Program-made: the position numbers and the translations under genes | Shown: piece after piece, positions 19,126 through 28,529 of the stretch | Layout of the letters: the number at the start of each line of letters is the position of its first letter | Position numbering within the stretch: the first letter of the stretch is position 1 | Assembly: GCA_963751345.1 (NCBI GenBank) | Contig: CAVVUS010000024.1 | Span: 103,918-167,917 of the forward strand | Origin: an uncultured Chloroflexia bacterium | GTDB taxonomy: Bacteria; Chloroflexota; Anaerolineae; B4-G1; SLSP01 | Direction: 5' to 3' | DNA: 64,000 bases | Notes under the pieces: model-generated | The model's database searches: none | The model's input: the letters and a program-made list of their open reading frames with translations, nothing else | Told to the model about the DNA's origin: nothing

Positions 19126-21391
19126 TTACGCCTGTTCCGTCGTACTACCGAGGCGGACCACAGGGACGCCACGAAGGCGTACCGCTGGGTCACCGACGAC
19201 AATGTAGCCTCGGGCGTCGTTGTTTGCCGTCCACAGCTCGGCGAGCCTGATACACATCCTCCACCGATGGGGGATCCCCAATCTGATCGTAGAGATAGGT
19301 CAGCTCGGTGGCAATCGCAGCATAGCGCATATTCATGAAATCCAGCGCAGACCCTACCGGGTGGCCGGCAAGCAGTCGTTCGATCACACTCGCAAAGACC
19401 TCAACGTGCTCACGCTTCCGGCCTTCCATCCCCCCGGGCCGGCTGGTGACATCAGTGAGGAAGGAGAGACCCCAGGCGCGCTCCACGTGCCCGATCACGG
19501 CCAATGCCCCGTGGTCCTTGAGTGCCAGTATCGCCTTCGGAAGCGCCGCAACGAATGGGTTCTCGGCAATCGACGTCGCCCGCTCCTTGAACTCAGCTCG
19601 GTGATAGGCATCAGTCTGCGGGGTGCCCGCACCGAAGCACGCAAAGAAGAAGAGGATCATTCCCCTGAGGTTGACAGCTTCGGTGACGTCCGATGCCGAA
19701 AGGTAGGCCTCCGGCGGGACGTAGCCCTTGCGGCCACTCCAGTTTTGGCAGAGAAGCGATCCCTGCAGATTCCGCTGTCGTGGATCATCCGGCGCAAACT
19801 CCAAGCCGTGCGTCGCCGTAAAAAGCAGCGCCGGCGGGGGCGTCAACTGGAGGATCTTCAGGAGGTTCGCCTTCGTCGCCTTGGCCGGGGCAATTCGTAG
19901 GATCTGCCAAGGGGACCCCACTGCCCTTGCCCTGAAATGCTGAGCAAGCGGCGCAATCAGATGGTCGGACGTCAGCGCCGTGGCCTCATCTCCAGGGTGT
20001 TCCGTCCCAAAGAAGACGACCTGGGAGTTAGGTGTCGCTGCCGCCGCTGATTCCTCCTCAACAGATACAACGTTCAGCGCATAGTTCCGGTAAGCCGTCA
20101 GATCATCGCCAAAATCCAGACGGCCTACCGCGTATTGAACGTCCAATTGGTACTGGAAGCTGAACGGGATGTCGTTTGGGTCGCCCACCAGCAACAAATA
20201 GTAGGGGACGCCTGTGGCGCGTGGATCTGCCGGGTTTGCCGCGTCGGCATTGCGTGGTGGGCGCCTCAGAAACATGCTGGCAGTATCACCGGAACGGTAG
20301 CCGTGCCGTCCCGCATAAACGCGGTAGAGGACACCGGCCTGGCGCTGGCGCAACGCCAAGAGCGGAGCCAGGGCCTTCTGGATGATCTGGCAGTGATCCT
20401 CCGGCATCGAGGCAGAGAAAACGATGCCCCAGCCGGTCTGCCCGATCTGCATAGGATCCACCCAGGGGACCGTGCCCAACTGCCCGGTCACGCTGCGCCT
20501 CAGCTCGTCGAGCCACGCACGCATCGCATCGATAAAGTCGGACTGGCGTAGAGGCTGCCTGGCGCGTCGAAGCGCCGTTAACACGCTGCGGAGCCCGGCG
20601 ACGATCTCGTGCCACGAGTCGAACGCATCCGCCCTCGACAGCGCCGCCAGCCGCTCGCGCGGTTCGGACGCCGAGGGCCGTCCCTCGCTCCGCAGACCCC
20701 CAAGCGTTCCGAGCACATAGACCAACATCCGGAGCGGCCCGGCAATTGCATCGGTGCCCGGCAAGACCTTGAGGGACTCCACCGGCAGCTCGTCCAGGGC
20801 CCAACAGAACTCGTCGATCCACGGCGAACGCAGGACGCCCTGCTTGTCCAGAGGACCTGTCGCACCCTCGCTTAGGTACGTCTTCCGAACCGCGGCCAAT
20901 GCCTGATCAAATCGCGATTCGAGCGTGCTGCGGAGCGTCGCCGAATTGGCATTCTCCTGGTCAAGCAACCATTGTGCGAGCGCAGCACCCTGCCCTCCAT
21001 TGAGCAACCTGACGATGCGGACGAGGGTGTCCACCGGCTCTTGCTTGAGCTTGCTTGCCAGCACAGCGACATCCCCGGCGAGGGGTTTGCCCTGCCCGCC
21101 TAAGAGGATCGACAAAAGACGGTGGGCACTGTCTACGTACCAGACATTGCGCGGGCGAAGCTGCCCGCCCAGTAACTTGAGAATATCCTGTGCCAGGAAC
21201 TCGACAATTGAGAGGATCTTCCGCTCGCTAGTCGCCCGAACCATCAGTTCCCGCTGCAACTCACGAAGCTGGCGGGCGGTGTCATAGCGGTCGGTCAAGA
21301 CGTGATCGGCGAGGGTCTCGACCGTCATAGGCTGGAGCCCATACGCGCCTGTCACGCCGTTGACGCCGTTGAAGTAGAGTTTCTCGGTCAC
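19126..21391 (-). CDS. Second gingipain/C25-like cysteine protease with a large helical N-terminal insert, frameshift near 19246
   Basis: GTG start with RBS; '[12 protein letters not shown]...AVGRL', 'LLFTATHG', 'FFFACFGAG', 'GHVERAWG'. Corrected end '[24 protein letters not shown]...QA*' (TAA 19126-19128). Confidence 0.78.
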
Positions 21392-21540
21392 GACCCTCTC
21401 TCGTCACTGATGATTATGCCGGGCCCGATCCACGTCATCAATCGACGCGTCCGTCGGGCTCCCTATGAGCAGGTGCAGGACACGGGACCGTGCGGCCAGA
21501 GGCGACACGAAACTATGCTGACGCAGCCGAAATCGTTAGC

Positions 21541-21569
21541 AGTATAGCACACCAATCATACCAACGCAA
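21541..21569 (-). promoter_or_regulatory. Putative promoter of the protease operon
   Basis: TTGCGT-N17-TATACT with extended -10 TG. Confidence 0.55.
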
Positions 21570-21629
21570 CGGACGGTGCGAGAAGGTTTCGTGACAGACT
21601 GGGGGCAACAATTGCAGACCTCACGAATC

Positions 21630-21658
21630 TTGTCTTATCATCTCAGTTATGTTATAAT
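21630..21658 (+). promoter_or_regulatory. Promoter of the nusA operon
   Basis: TTGTCT-N17-TATAAT with extended -10 TG. Confidence 0.7.
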
Positions 21659-21686
21659 GCGTTCAGAACCAGTATATGGGATACTG

Positions 21687-21710
21687 AAAAGTGGGGCGAG
21701 CCCCACTTTT
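21687..21710 (+). promoter_or_regulatory. rimP/nusA-type leader hairpin (weak terminator)
   Basis: aaaagtgggg-cgag-ccccactttt; resembles the AGTGGG..CCCACT leader of rimP-nusA operons. Confidence 0.7.
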
Positions 21711-21754
21711 CTTCGTAGAGAGCATTTGGGGGAAATGGGGAGGCAGAGTCTTAT

Positions 21755-23800
21755 ATGAAGAGCGAGTTCGCCCTAGCCTTTAACCAGATCTGTGCTGAAT
21801 ACAGCTTGCCAAGAGAGGTTGTGCTGGACGCAGTCCGCGCCGCCTTGGCGACCGCGTTCCGGCGTGACTGGAAGGTTCCGGCCACGCAAAACGTGTCCGC
21901 AGAGATCAACCTGGAGACAGGGTTAGCGCGTATCTACATAGAGCGAACGGCGGTTGAGGAAGTAGTAGATCCTGACATCGAGATCCCGCTCAAAGAAGCT
22001 CGCCGCAAGAAGGCCAATGTGCAGTTGGGTGACATCGTGTTGGTTGACGTCACACCCCAAGATTTTGGTCGTATTGCCGCGCAGACCGCAAAGCAGGTTA
22101 TTACGCAGCGTCTGCGGGAAGCGGAACGTGAAAGCCAGTTCAACCGATTCAGCCGGCAGGAAAACGAGATCATCATCGGCACCGTCCAGTCGGTCAACCC
22201 GCATGGCGTGACCCTGCATCTGGAGCGGACGGAAGAGGCCCACATGCCGAGGCGCGAGCAGATTCCGGGAGAACGTTACGTTCTGCACCAGAAGATCCGC
22301 GTCTACGTGCTGGAGGTTCGTCGAACTTCTCGGGGCCCGGAGATCATCGTCAGTCGCAGCCATCCGCTGATGCTGCGAAGGCTGCTGGAACTCGAGGTGC
22401 CTGAGATCCGCAATGGGCAGGTGGAGATCAACGCAGTTGCCCGAGAGGCCGGCACCCGAGCGAAAGTTGCGGTTTCGGCCCGACAGGCGGGTATCGACCC
22501 GGTCGGTTCCTGCGTGGGGATGAGGGGGATCCGCATCCAGACGATATCCCGCGAATTGCACGGGGAACGCGTCGACGTCGTCGAGTGGAGTGAAGATCCC
22601 GAGCACTTCATCACCAATGCATTGAGCGTTCCCGCTATCGTCTGTGTCACGCTGGACGAGAACAACCCCGGGGGCCGAACAGCCTCCGTCGTCGTGATGG
22701 ATGACCAGCTTTCGCTGGCGATTGGGCGTTCAGGGCAAAACGCGCGACTCGCCGCCAAGTTAACGAATTGGCGGATTGATATCCAGGGCGGTACGGAAGC
22801 CGCCATCTGGGCACTGGAGCAGGTGAACCATACACCCGAGCTGTTGGATGCGTTGAAGGGTGAGGCGACCCTAATCCCACGTCTGGCTACGATTATGCGG
22901 ACGCACGAAGAGGATCAATATCCGTATACCGACGAGGAACGGCACATCATCGGGTCCGTTGTCAAGGCGGTACGGCAGGCGATCATCGCGCGCCGAGAGG
23001 CCGAACGGCCCGGATCAGTCCAGACGCGGGCACGGCAGCATGCCCAACGCAGGGCCGAAGCGGAACGCGTCAAGGCCACAGAAGTAGCTCATGCACGGGT
23101 ACCAAGAGGTGCCTACAAGGTACCTCTCAGCGATCTTGAGTTGTCCAAGAAAGTCTATACGCACCTCATCACGAATGGCCTCAAGAATGTGGGCGAGGTG
23201 ATGGAGAGAATGGCTGTCGGCGACGAGGCCCTGCTGATGCTTAACGGCGTCGGCGTAAAGGCACTTCGGGAGATCAAGCAAGCCGTTGATGAGAGTGGGC
23301 TCGGTCTGCTGGATCAAGAAGAGCCCGAGGGTGACGGAGCCGCCGTAGCCGAGGCCTTCGCAGACGAAGGCCTCGCAGACGAAGCGGGAACAGACGACGG
23401 TCTTGCGGAGAGCAGCGAAGAAGCGGAAGCTCCATCCGAGGAAGCCGAGACGGCGGAACCGGAGGTGGGAGCGGAGACACAGATCGTTGAAGAAGCTGCC
23501 GAGCCGGTCGATGGAGCCGCGAGCGCGGAGTCCGATGAAAAGGTGTTGGAGGAGGAGGCTACGCCGGCTGTTGAGGCGTCTCCTGAGCTTGCTGAGATCG
23601 CGGCGAACCTTGAGGGGGTCCTCTTCGAGGAACCTGAGGATGAGGAACTTGAGGAAACCAGCCCATCCGGTAGGACACGGAAGGGGCGAAAACGCCGTCG
23701 CACCGTGGTGTATGATGACGCTACCGGCGAGACTTTCGTCATGCGAAAGCATCGCAGCCGCACCACAGACTCGTGGGACGAATACAGCGAAGATTTTTAG
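21755..23800 (+). CDS. nusA: Transcription factor NusA with C-terminal extension
   Basis: 'FGRIAAQTAKQVI.QRLREAER', S1 and KH domains, 'LSLAIGRSGQNARLAAKLT'. Confidence 0.97.
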   Translation: MKSEFALAFNQICAEYSLPREVVLDAVRAALATAFRRDWKVPATQNVSAEINLETGLARIYIERTAVEEVVDPDIEIPLKEARRKKANVQLGDIVLVDVTPQDFGRIAAQTAKQVITQRLREAERESQFNRFSRQENEIIIGTVQSVNPHGVTLHLERTEEAHMPRREQIPGERYVLHQKIRVYVLEVRRTSRGPEIIVSRSHPLMLRRLLELEVPEIRNGQVEINAVAREAGTRAKVAVSARQAGIDPVGSCVGMRGIRIQTISRELHGERVDVVEWSEDPEHFITNALSVPAIVCVTLDENNPGGRTASVVVMDDQLSLAIGRSGQNARLAAKLTNWRIDIQGGTEAAIWALEQVNHTPELLDALKGEATLIPRLATIMRTHEEDQYPYTDEERHIIGSVVKAVRQAIIARREAERPGSVQTRARQHAQRRAEAERVKATEVAHARVPRGAYKVPLSDLELSKKVYTHLITNGLKNVGEVMERMAVGDEALLMLNGVGVKALREIKQAVDESGLGLLDQEEPEGDGAAVAEAFADEGLADEAGTDDGLAESSEEAEAPSEEAETAEPEVGAETQIVEEAAEPVDGAASAESDEKVLEEEATPAVEASPELAEIAANLEGVLFEEPEDEELEETSPSGRTRKGRKRRRTVVYDDATGETFVMRKHRSRTTDSWDEYSEDF

Positions 23801-23939
23801 CACGATTGAATGTCCGATGATGACCCTTAGGGTGAGCCCTGTCGCGACACCTGGAGTTCTGCCAGGACACGAATTGCCATGCTGAGACGACTGCGACTAC
23901 GATAGAGTAGCTTTTCGCAGGATCTCTCTGTCTTAGGTG

Positions 23940-23974
23940 ATGGGACGCCGAAGGGTTTCTGGCGTCCCATTTTT
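23940..23974 (+). terminator. Intrinsic terminator after nusA
   Basis: atgggacgcc...ggcgtcccat followed by tttt. Confidence 0.7.
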
Positions 23975-24045
23975 CGTGTCGTCTTTCGAGCCGACCATCA
24001 GACATCAATTGACACGCATGTGCGTAGACAAGATGAGTACTTACT

Positions 24046-24366
24046 ATGGCGACGAAACAGAAGGCAAAACCAAGGCAGAAGCACGTACCACAACGGACAT
24101 GTGTGGTATGTCGGGAGACCAAGCCGAAGCGAGATCTGGTGCGGGTCGTGCTCCTCGCCGAAGGCGGCATCATTGTGGATGAAACAGGCAAACGTAATGG
24201 ACGAGGTGCGTATTTATGTAAGCAACGCGTCTGCTGGGACCAAGCGATCAAGCGAGGCAGTCTGAACCGGGCTCTACACGTCGACCTTAAGCCCGATGAG
24301 ATTGCGGGGCTGGAAGCTTATGCTGCATCTCTCTCAGATCCGGCAGAGGGTGACGAAGCGCTTTGA
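24046..24366 (+). CDS. ylxR: YlxR/RnpM (DUF448) RNA-binding protein
   Basis: 'PQRTCVVCR...KRDLVRVV...GRGAYLC'; position in the nusA operon. Confidence 0.92.
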   Translation: MATKQKAKPRQKHVPQRTCVVCRETKPKRDLVRVVLLAEGGIIVDETGKRNGRGAYLCKQRVCWDQAIKRGSLNRALHVDLKPDEIAGLEAYAASLSDPAEGDEAL

Positions 24367-24407
24367 TGGTCCTGGTCCCCGTTAGGAAGAGTAAAGGAGA
24401 AATGTGT

Positions 24408-26189
24408 ATGGCAGAGAAGGAAATCACAGTTCCAGAGGTTATCACGGTGCGCGATCTTGCGGATCTGATGGAGGAAACGCCCATCAAGATCATCAAGTCG
24501 CTGATGGGCAATGGCGTTCTCGCCAGCATCAACCAGCAGGTCGATTTTGACACAGCCGCCATCATCGCTGCCGAGTTCGGCTACGAGGCCAAACAGCCCT
24601 ACGCGGATATGGAAGAGGAGACGGAATCGGAGTTGTCCGCATGGCAAATCCTGCTTGCGAACGAGGCCCCGGAAGACCTGAAAGGGCGTCCCCCGGTTGT
24701 CACAGTCCTTGGGCATGTCGATCATGGGAAGACCTCACTCCTGGATGCGATCCGCCATACGGATGTCGTCGGCGGCGAGAGCGGAGGCATTACACAACAT
24801 ATTGGCGCCTATCAGGTCAAACATAACGGGCGCCGCATCACGTTCCTGGACACGCCAGGGCACGAGGCATTCACGGCAATGCGGGCGCGTGGGGCAAATA
24901 CCACGGATGTCGCCGTTCTGGTCGTAGCTGCAGATGACGGCGTCAAGCCCCAGACCATTGAGGCCATCAACCATGCACGGGCGGCCCACGTCCCCATCAT
25001 TGTCGCCCTTAACAAGATGGACAAGCCGAATGCGCGACCCGAGATGGTCAAGCAAGAGCTATCGGACCTGGGTCTGACATCTGATGAATGGGGCGGCTCG
25101 ACGATGGTCATCCCGGTCTCGGCGAAGATGAAAACCGGCCTTGACGATCTGCTCGAAGCAATTCTCCTTGTAACCGACGAGCTCAACGTCCAGGCCAACC
25201 CGGCGCGCGCAGCCGTGGGAACGGTGCTTGAGGGGAGACTCGACAAGCGCCGTGGTCCATTGGCAACGGTGCTGATTCAGAACGGCACGTTGGACACGGG
25301 CGATGTCGTCGTCGTCGGCCGAACGTGGGGGAAGATTCGCGCACTCGAGGACGAGAACATCGTCCGCCACAAGACCGCCCCGCCGGCGACGCCCACCGTA
25401 ATCATCGGCCTGCACGACGTACCCGAGGCCGGAGACTTCCTGGAAGTCGTCAAGGACGAGCGCACGGCGCGTGCAATTGCGGACAAGCGCGAGCAAGCTG
25501 CCAAGCTGCGGGAGCTCACGCGTCCGACACGCCCGCTCTCACTGGACGACTTCTCATCGGCCATTCGCGAGGGACAGGTTCAGGAACTCAACGTAGTCCT
25601 CAAGACGGACGTCCAGGGGTCCATTGAGCCCATCGTCACCAGCATCGAACGCCTGAGTACGGGCGACGTCAAGGTAAATGTGATCCACGCCGCTGCCGGC
25701 AACATATCGGAATCGGATATGAACCTGGCGTTGGCGTCGGACGCGATTGTCCTTGGTTTCCGCGTCGCCGCGGACAGCGCGGCCCGCCGTATGGCAGACA
25801 GCGAGGGGATGGAGATCCAGACCTACGAGATCATCTATCGCCTCGTCGAGGATGTGGAGAAGGCGCTCAAGGGTATGTTGGAGCCCACCTATGCCCAGGT
25901 GTTGGTTGGCGAGGCTGAAGTCCGCCAGATCTTCGAAGTCTCAAGCCTTGGCAAGATCGCCGGATGCTATGTAACCCGCGGCTTGGCCCGCCGAAATGCC
26001 AAGGTCCGGGTCGTGCGTAACGACGAGGTCATTCACGACGGCGCAGTCGATTCCCTCAAGCGCTTCACCGAAGATGTCCGCGAGGTCAGACAGAACTTCG
26101 AGTGTGGCGTCAAGGTCGAGGGATTCAACGATCTCCAGGTCGGTGACCGGCTGCAGTTCTACGTCATGCGCCGCGTGGAGCAAGAATAG
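24408..26189 (+). CDS. infB: Translation initiation factor IF-2 (short form)
   Basis: 'RPPVVTVLGHVDHGKTSLLD', 'DTPGHEAF', 'NKMD', 'SAK'; RBS AAAGGAG. Confidence 0.97.
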   Translation: MAEKEITVPEVITVRDLADLMEETPIKIIKSLMGNGVLASINQQVDFDTAAIIAAEFGYEAKQPYADMEEETESELSAWQILLANEAPEDLKGRPPVVTVLGHVDHGKTSLLDAIRHTDVVGGESGGITQHIGAYQVKHNGRRITFLDTPGHEAFTAMRARGANTTDVAVLVVAADDGVKPQTIEAINHARAAHVPIIVALNKMDKPNARPEMVKQELSDLGLTSDEWGGSTMVIPVSAKMKTGLDDLLEAILLVTDELNVQANPARAAVGTVLEGRLDKRRGPLATVLIQNGTLDTGDVVVVGRTWGKIRALEDENIVRHKTAPPATPTVIIGLHDVPEAGDFLEVVKDERTARAIADKREQAAKLRELTRPTRPLSLDDFSSAIREGQVQELNVVLKTDVQGSIEPIVTSIERLSTGDVKVNVIHAAAGNISESDMNLALASDAIVLGFRVAADSAARRMADSEGMEIQTYEIIYRLVEDVEKALKGMLEPTYAQVLVGEAEVRQIFEVSSLGKIAGCYVTRGLARRNAKVRVVRNDEVIHDGAVDSLKRFTEDVREVRQNFECGVKVEGFNDLQVGDRLQFYVMRRVEQE

Positions 26190-26240
26190 CCGGACCTAGC
26201 GCCGGTCAGGGTGCGACACGATGTGATCAATCCAGGATTG

Positions 26241-26273
26241 GACGAGACCGGGCTCGGGGAGTCCGGTCTCGTC
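26241..26273. other. Stable intergenic hairpin
   Basis: gacgagaccgggctc-ggg-gagtccggtctcgtc, 15-bp stem with one G-U, no U-tract. Confidence 0.6.
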
Positions 26274-26297
26274 TATCGAGTCCTGGGGGAGGAAGGC

Positions 26298-26714
26298 ATG
26301 GGTAAGAAATACGAGCGACGCGTGAACCAACTGATTCTACGCAAGGTCACGATGTTGCTTCTGGAGCAGAGTAACGACCCTAGGCTGTCGGAAGTCACTA
26401 TTACAGACGTTAGTGTGAACGGAGACACGACCCGGGCCGAAGTCTATTTCAGCATCATTGGGGATGCAGATGAGATCGCCGAAACACAGCAGGCGCTGAA
26501 TGGAGCTGCGGGATGGCTCCGAAATCAGATGGCTCCGAGCTTGAGGCTTCGCAATCTTCCGAAACTTGAGTTTATCTACGACCCATCGCTGGCCAACGGT
26601 GCACGCATCGAGGAACTCCTGCATCAGCTACACGAGGAAGATAAGATCCATGACACAGACGATGACACCGTCGGAGACGCTGAGACAGACCGCGTCGTGG
26701 CTGAGGGGGAGTGA
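26298..26714 (+). CDS. rbfA: Ribosome-binding factor A
   Basis: 'DPRL..VTITDV', 'LRLRNLPKLEFIYD.S'; RBS GGAGG; follows infB. Confidence 0.93.
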   Translation: MGKKYERRVNQLILRKVTMLLLEQSNDPRLSEVTITDVSVNGDTTRAEVYFSIIGDADEIAETQQALNGAAGWLRNQMAPSLRLRNLPKLEFIYDPSLANGARIEELLHQLHEEDKIHDTDDDTVGDAETDRVVAEGE

Positions 26715-27660
26715 GCGCCCCCTCCTGATCGCGCATCCGAATCCGGATGGAGACACCATCGGGTCAACCTTGGCCTTGAGGTTGGCCCTTCTACAAATGG
26801 GCAAAGATCCCATCGTTGCATGCGTCCATCCTCCGCCGCCCAATCTGGCCTACCTGCCCGGTGCTGAAGCGTTCGTCAGGGAGGCTCCCCAGATATCCAC
26901 GATCGATCTGGTCATAGCCGTCGACATGAGTGACTTGAAGCGTACCGGAGGCATCTATCGTGAGGACTGGAAAGGCCAGATTCCTCTCCTTGTCATCGAC
27001 CACCACCTGACAAACGAGTCGTTTGGGGACGTGAACCTGGTCGACCCACACGCCGCAGCGACGGCCCTATTGGTGATAGACGTCCTGGAAGCGCTTGGCG
27101 TCTCGCCGGTGGGTGACATTGCCACTTGTCTATTGGCAGGGCTCTTGACCGACACTCGTGGCCTCCGCACAGGAACGACCACGCCCGCGGTCCTCAGGAC
27201 TGTTAGCCAGCTCATTGAAGCCGGCGGTGATTACCAAGGCGTGATGCAGAGGACGCTCGACGCGGTACCTTACCTTCAGATGCGCAGTTGGGGCATTGCC
27301 CTCGACCGGCTCAAGCTGGAGGGCACCCTTGCCTGGACGACGTTTCCGATGTCGAAAAAGGAAGCCTTGGGGATCAGCGACCACGACGACCTTGATCTCG
27401 GCAACTTGCTGAGCCGAGTTGCCGAAGCGAAGATCATCGCTGCCTTCGTCGAGATGCGCGACGGCACGGTGAAGGTGAGCATGCGCGCAAGACCGAGCTA
27501 TGACGTGTCCCAGGTTGCCTATGCCCTCGGCGGTGGGGGACACCGCCAGGCCGCCGGCTGCACTATTGAGGGATCCTTGGATGACGTGGAAAACCAGGTG
27601 CTGACTATGCTCAGGGAGACATTGGCTCGACACGATGAACGGTGTGCTGATTGTAGATAA
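26650..27660 (+). CDS. nrnA: DHH/DHHA1 phosphoesterase (NrnA-like)
   Basis: 'HPNPDGDTIGS', 'IDHH', 'TDT', 'GGGGHRQAAG'. Confidence 0.88.
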   Translation: MTQTMTPSETLRQTASWLRGSERPLLIAHPNPDGDTIGSTLALRLALLQMGKDPIVACVHPPPPNLAYLPGAEAFVREAPQISTIDLVIAVDMSDLKRTGGIYREDWKGQIPLLVIDHHLTNESFGDVNLVDPHAAATALLVIDVLEALGVSPVGDIATCLLAGLLTDTRGLRTGTTTPAVLRTVSQLIEAGGDYQGVMQRTLDAVPYLQMRSWGIALDRLKLEGTLAWTTFPMSKKEALGISDHDDLDLGNLLSRVAEAKIIAAFVEMRDGTVKVSMRARPSYDVSQVAYALGGGGHRQAAGCTIEGSLDDVENQVLTMLRETLARHDERCADCR

Positions 27661-28511
27661 GCCGACGGGCATGACGTCGCACGACGTGGTCAACCAGGTG
27701 CGGCGCCTTGCCGGCATGCGCCGCGTCGGACATGCAGGCACGCTCGACCCGATGGCAACCGGCGTGTTGGTGCTGCTCCTGGGGTCGGCGACACGGCTAT
27801 CCCGTTTCGCGACGGCCCATACCAAGCGGTATCTCGGCATAGTCCGATTGGGCGAGACCACGACTACGTACGACGCAGAGGGTGAGACGGTCAACCGGCT
27901 TCCCGTCGACGTCGACCGTCCGGCGATCGAACGAGCCCTGGTTGACTTTCGAGGCCCAATCGAGCAGATTCCCCCTATGTACTCCGCAATCAGGGTCCAG
28001 GGGCGGCGGCTCTACGATCTGGCGCGAGAGGGCGAGGAGATCGAACGCAAGGCACGTCCCGTCGACATTTATGCCCTGGAGATCATCGCCTGGCAATCGC
28101 CCGACCTCACCCTGGACATTCGCTGCTCGTCCGGCACCTACATCCGCAGTCTGGCGCACGATCTGGGACACTCTCTGGGCTGCGGAGCACACCTCCGGGC
28201 CCTGCGTCGTCTGGAAAGCGGCCCGTTTTCCCTGGCGCACGGCCATACGTTGGATGAGCTGCAAAGCCTCAAGGCCGAGGGGAACTTCGAGTCTGCCCTG
28301 CTGCCGCCGCAAGCGGCCCTGGGATCGATGCCGGCCGCTCACCTGGACCCCGCACAGGAGCAGGCCGTCCGCTACGGGCAGCCCATCAACCTGACTCTTT
28401 CCGGCGATGCTGAACTGGTGCAGGCTCAGGATCAGGATGGTCACCTGATCTCCGTATTGTGCAGACTGCCCGATAGCCACTACCGGCCTACAATTGTCTT
28501 TCCTACCGTAA
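27635..28511 (+). CDS. truB: tRNA pseudouridine(55) synthase
   Basis: 'DKP.GMTSHDVV', 'GHAGTLDP', 'PPMYSA', 'GTYIRSL'. Removing one T near 28500 gives 'VFLP*' at 28509-28511; the raw ORF runs to 28693. Confidence 0.93.
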
Positions 28512-28529
28512 AGCAGCGAGGGCTGAGAC

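Noticed and set aside
23811-23890. Box C/D-like K-turn (ATGATGA...CTGA) after nusA
   Set aside because: The flanking canonical stem does not pair in the correct register, and short motifs like these arise by chance.
24408-26189. Short IF2 as a truncation
   Set aside because: It has its own RBS and all core domains; the IF2 N-terminal region is known to vary widely in length.
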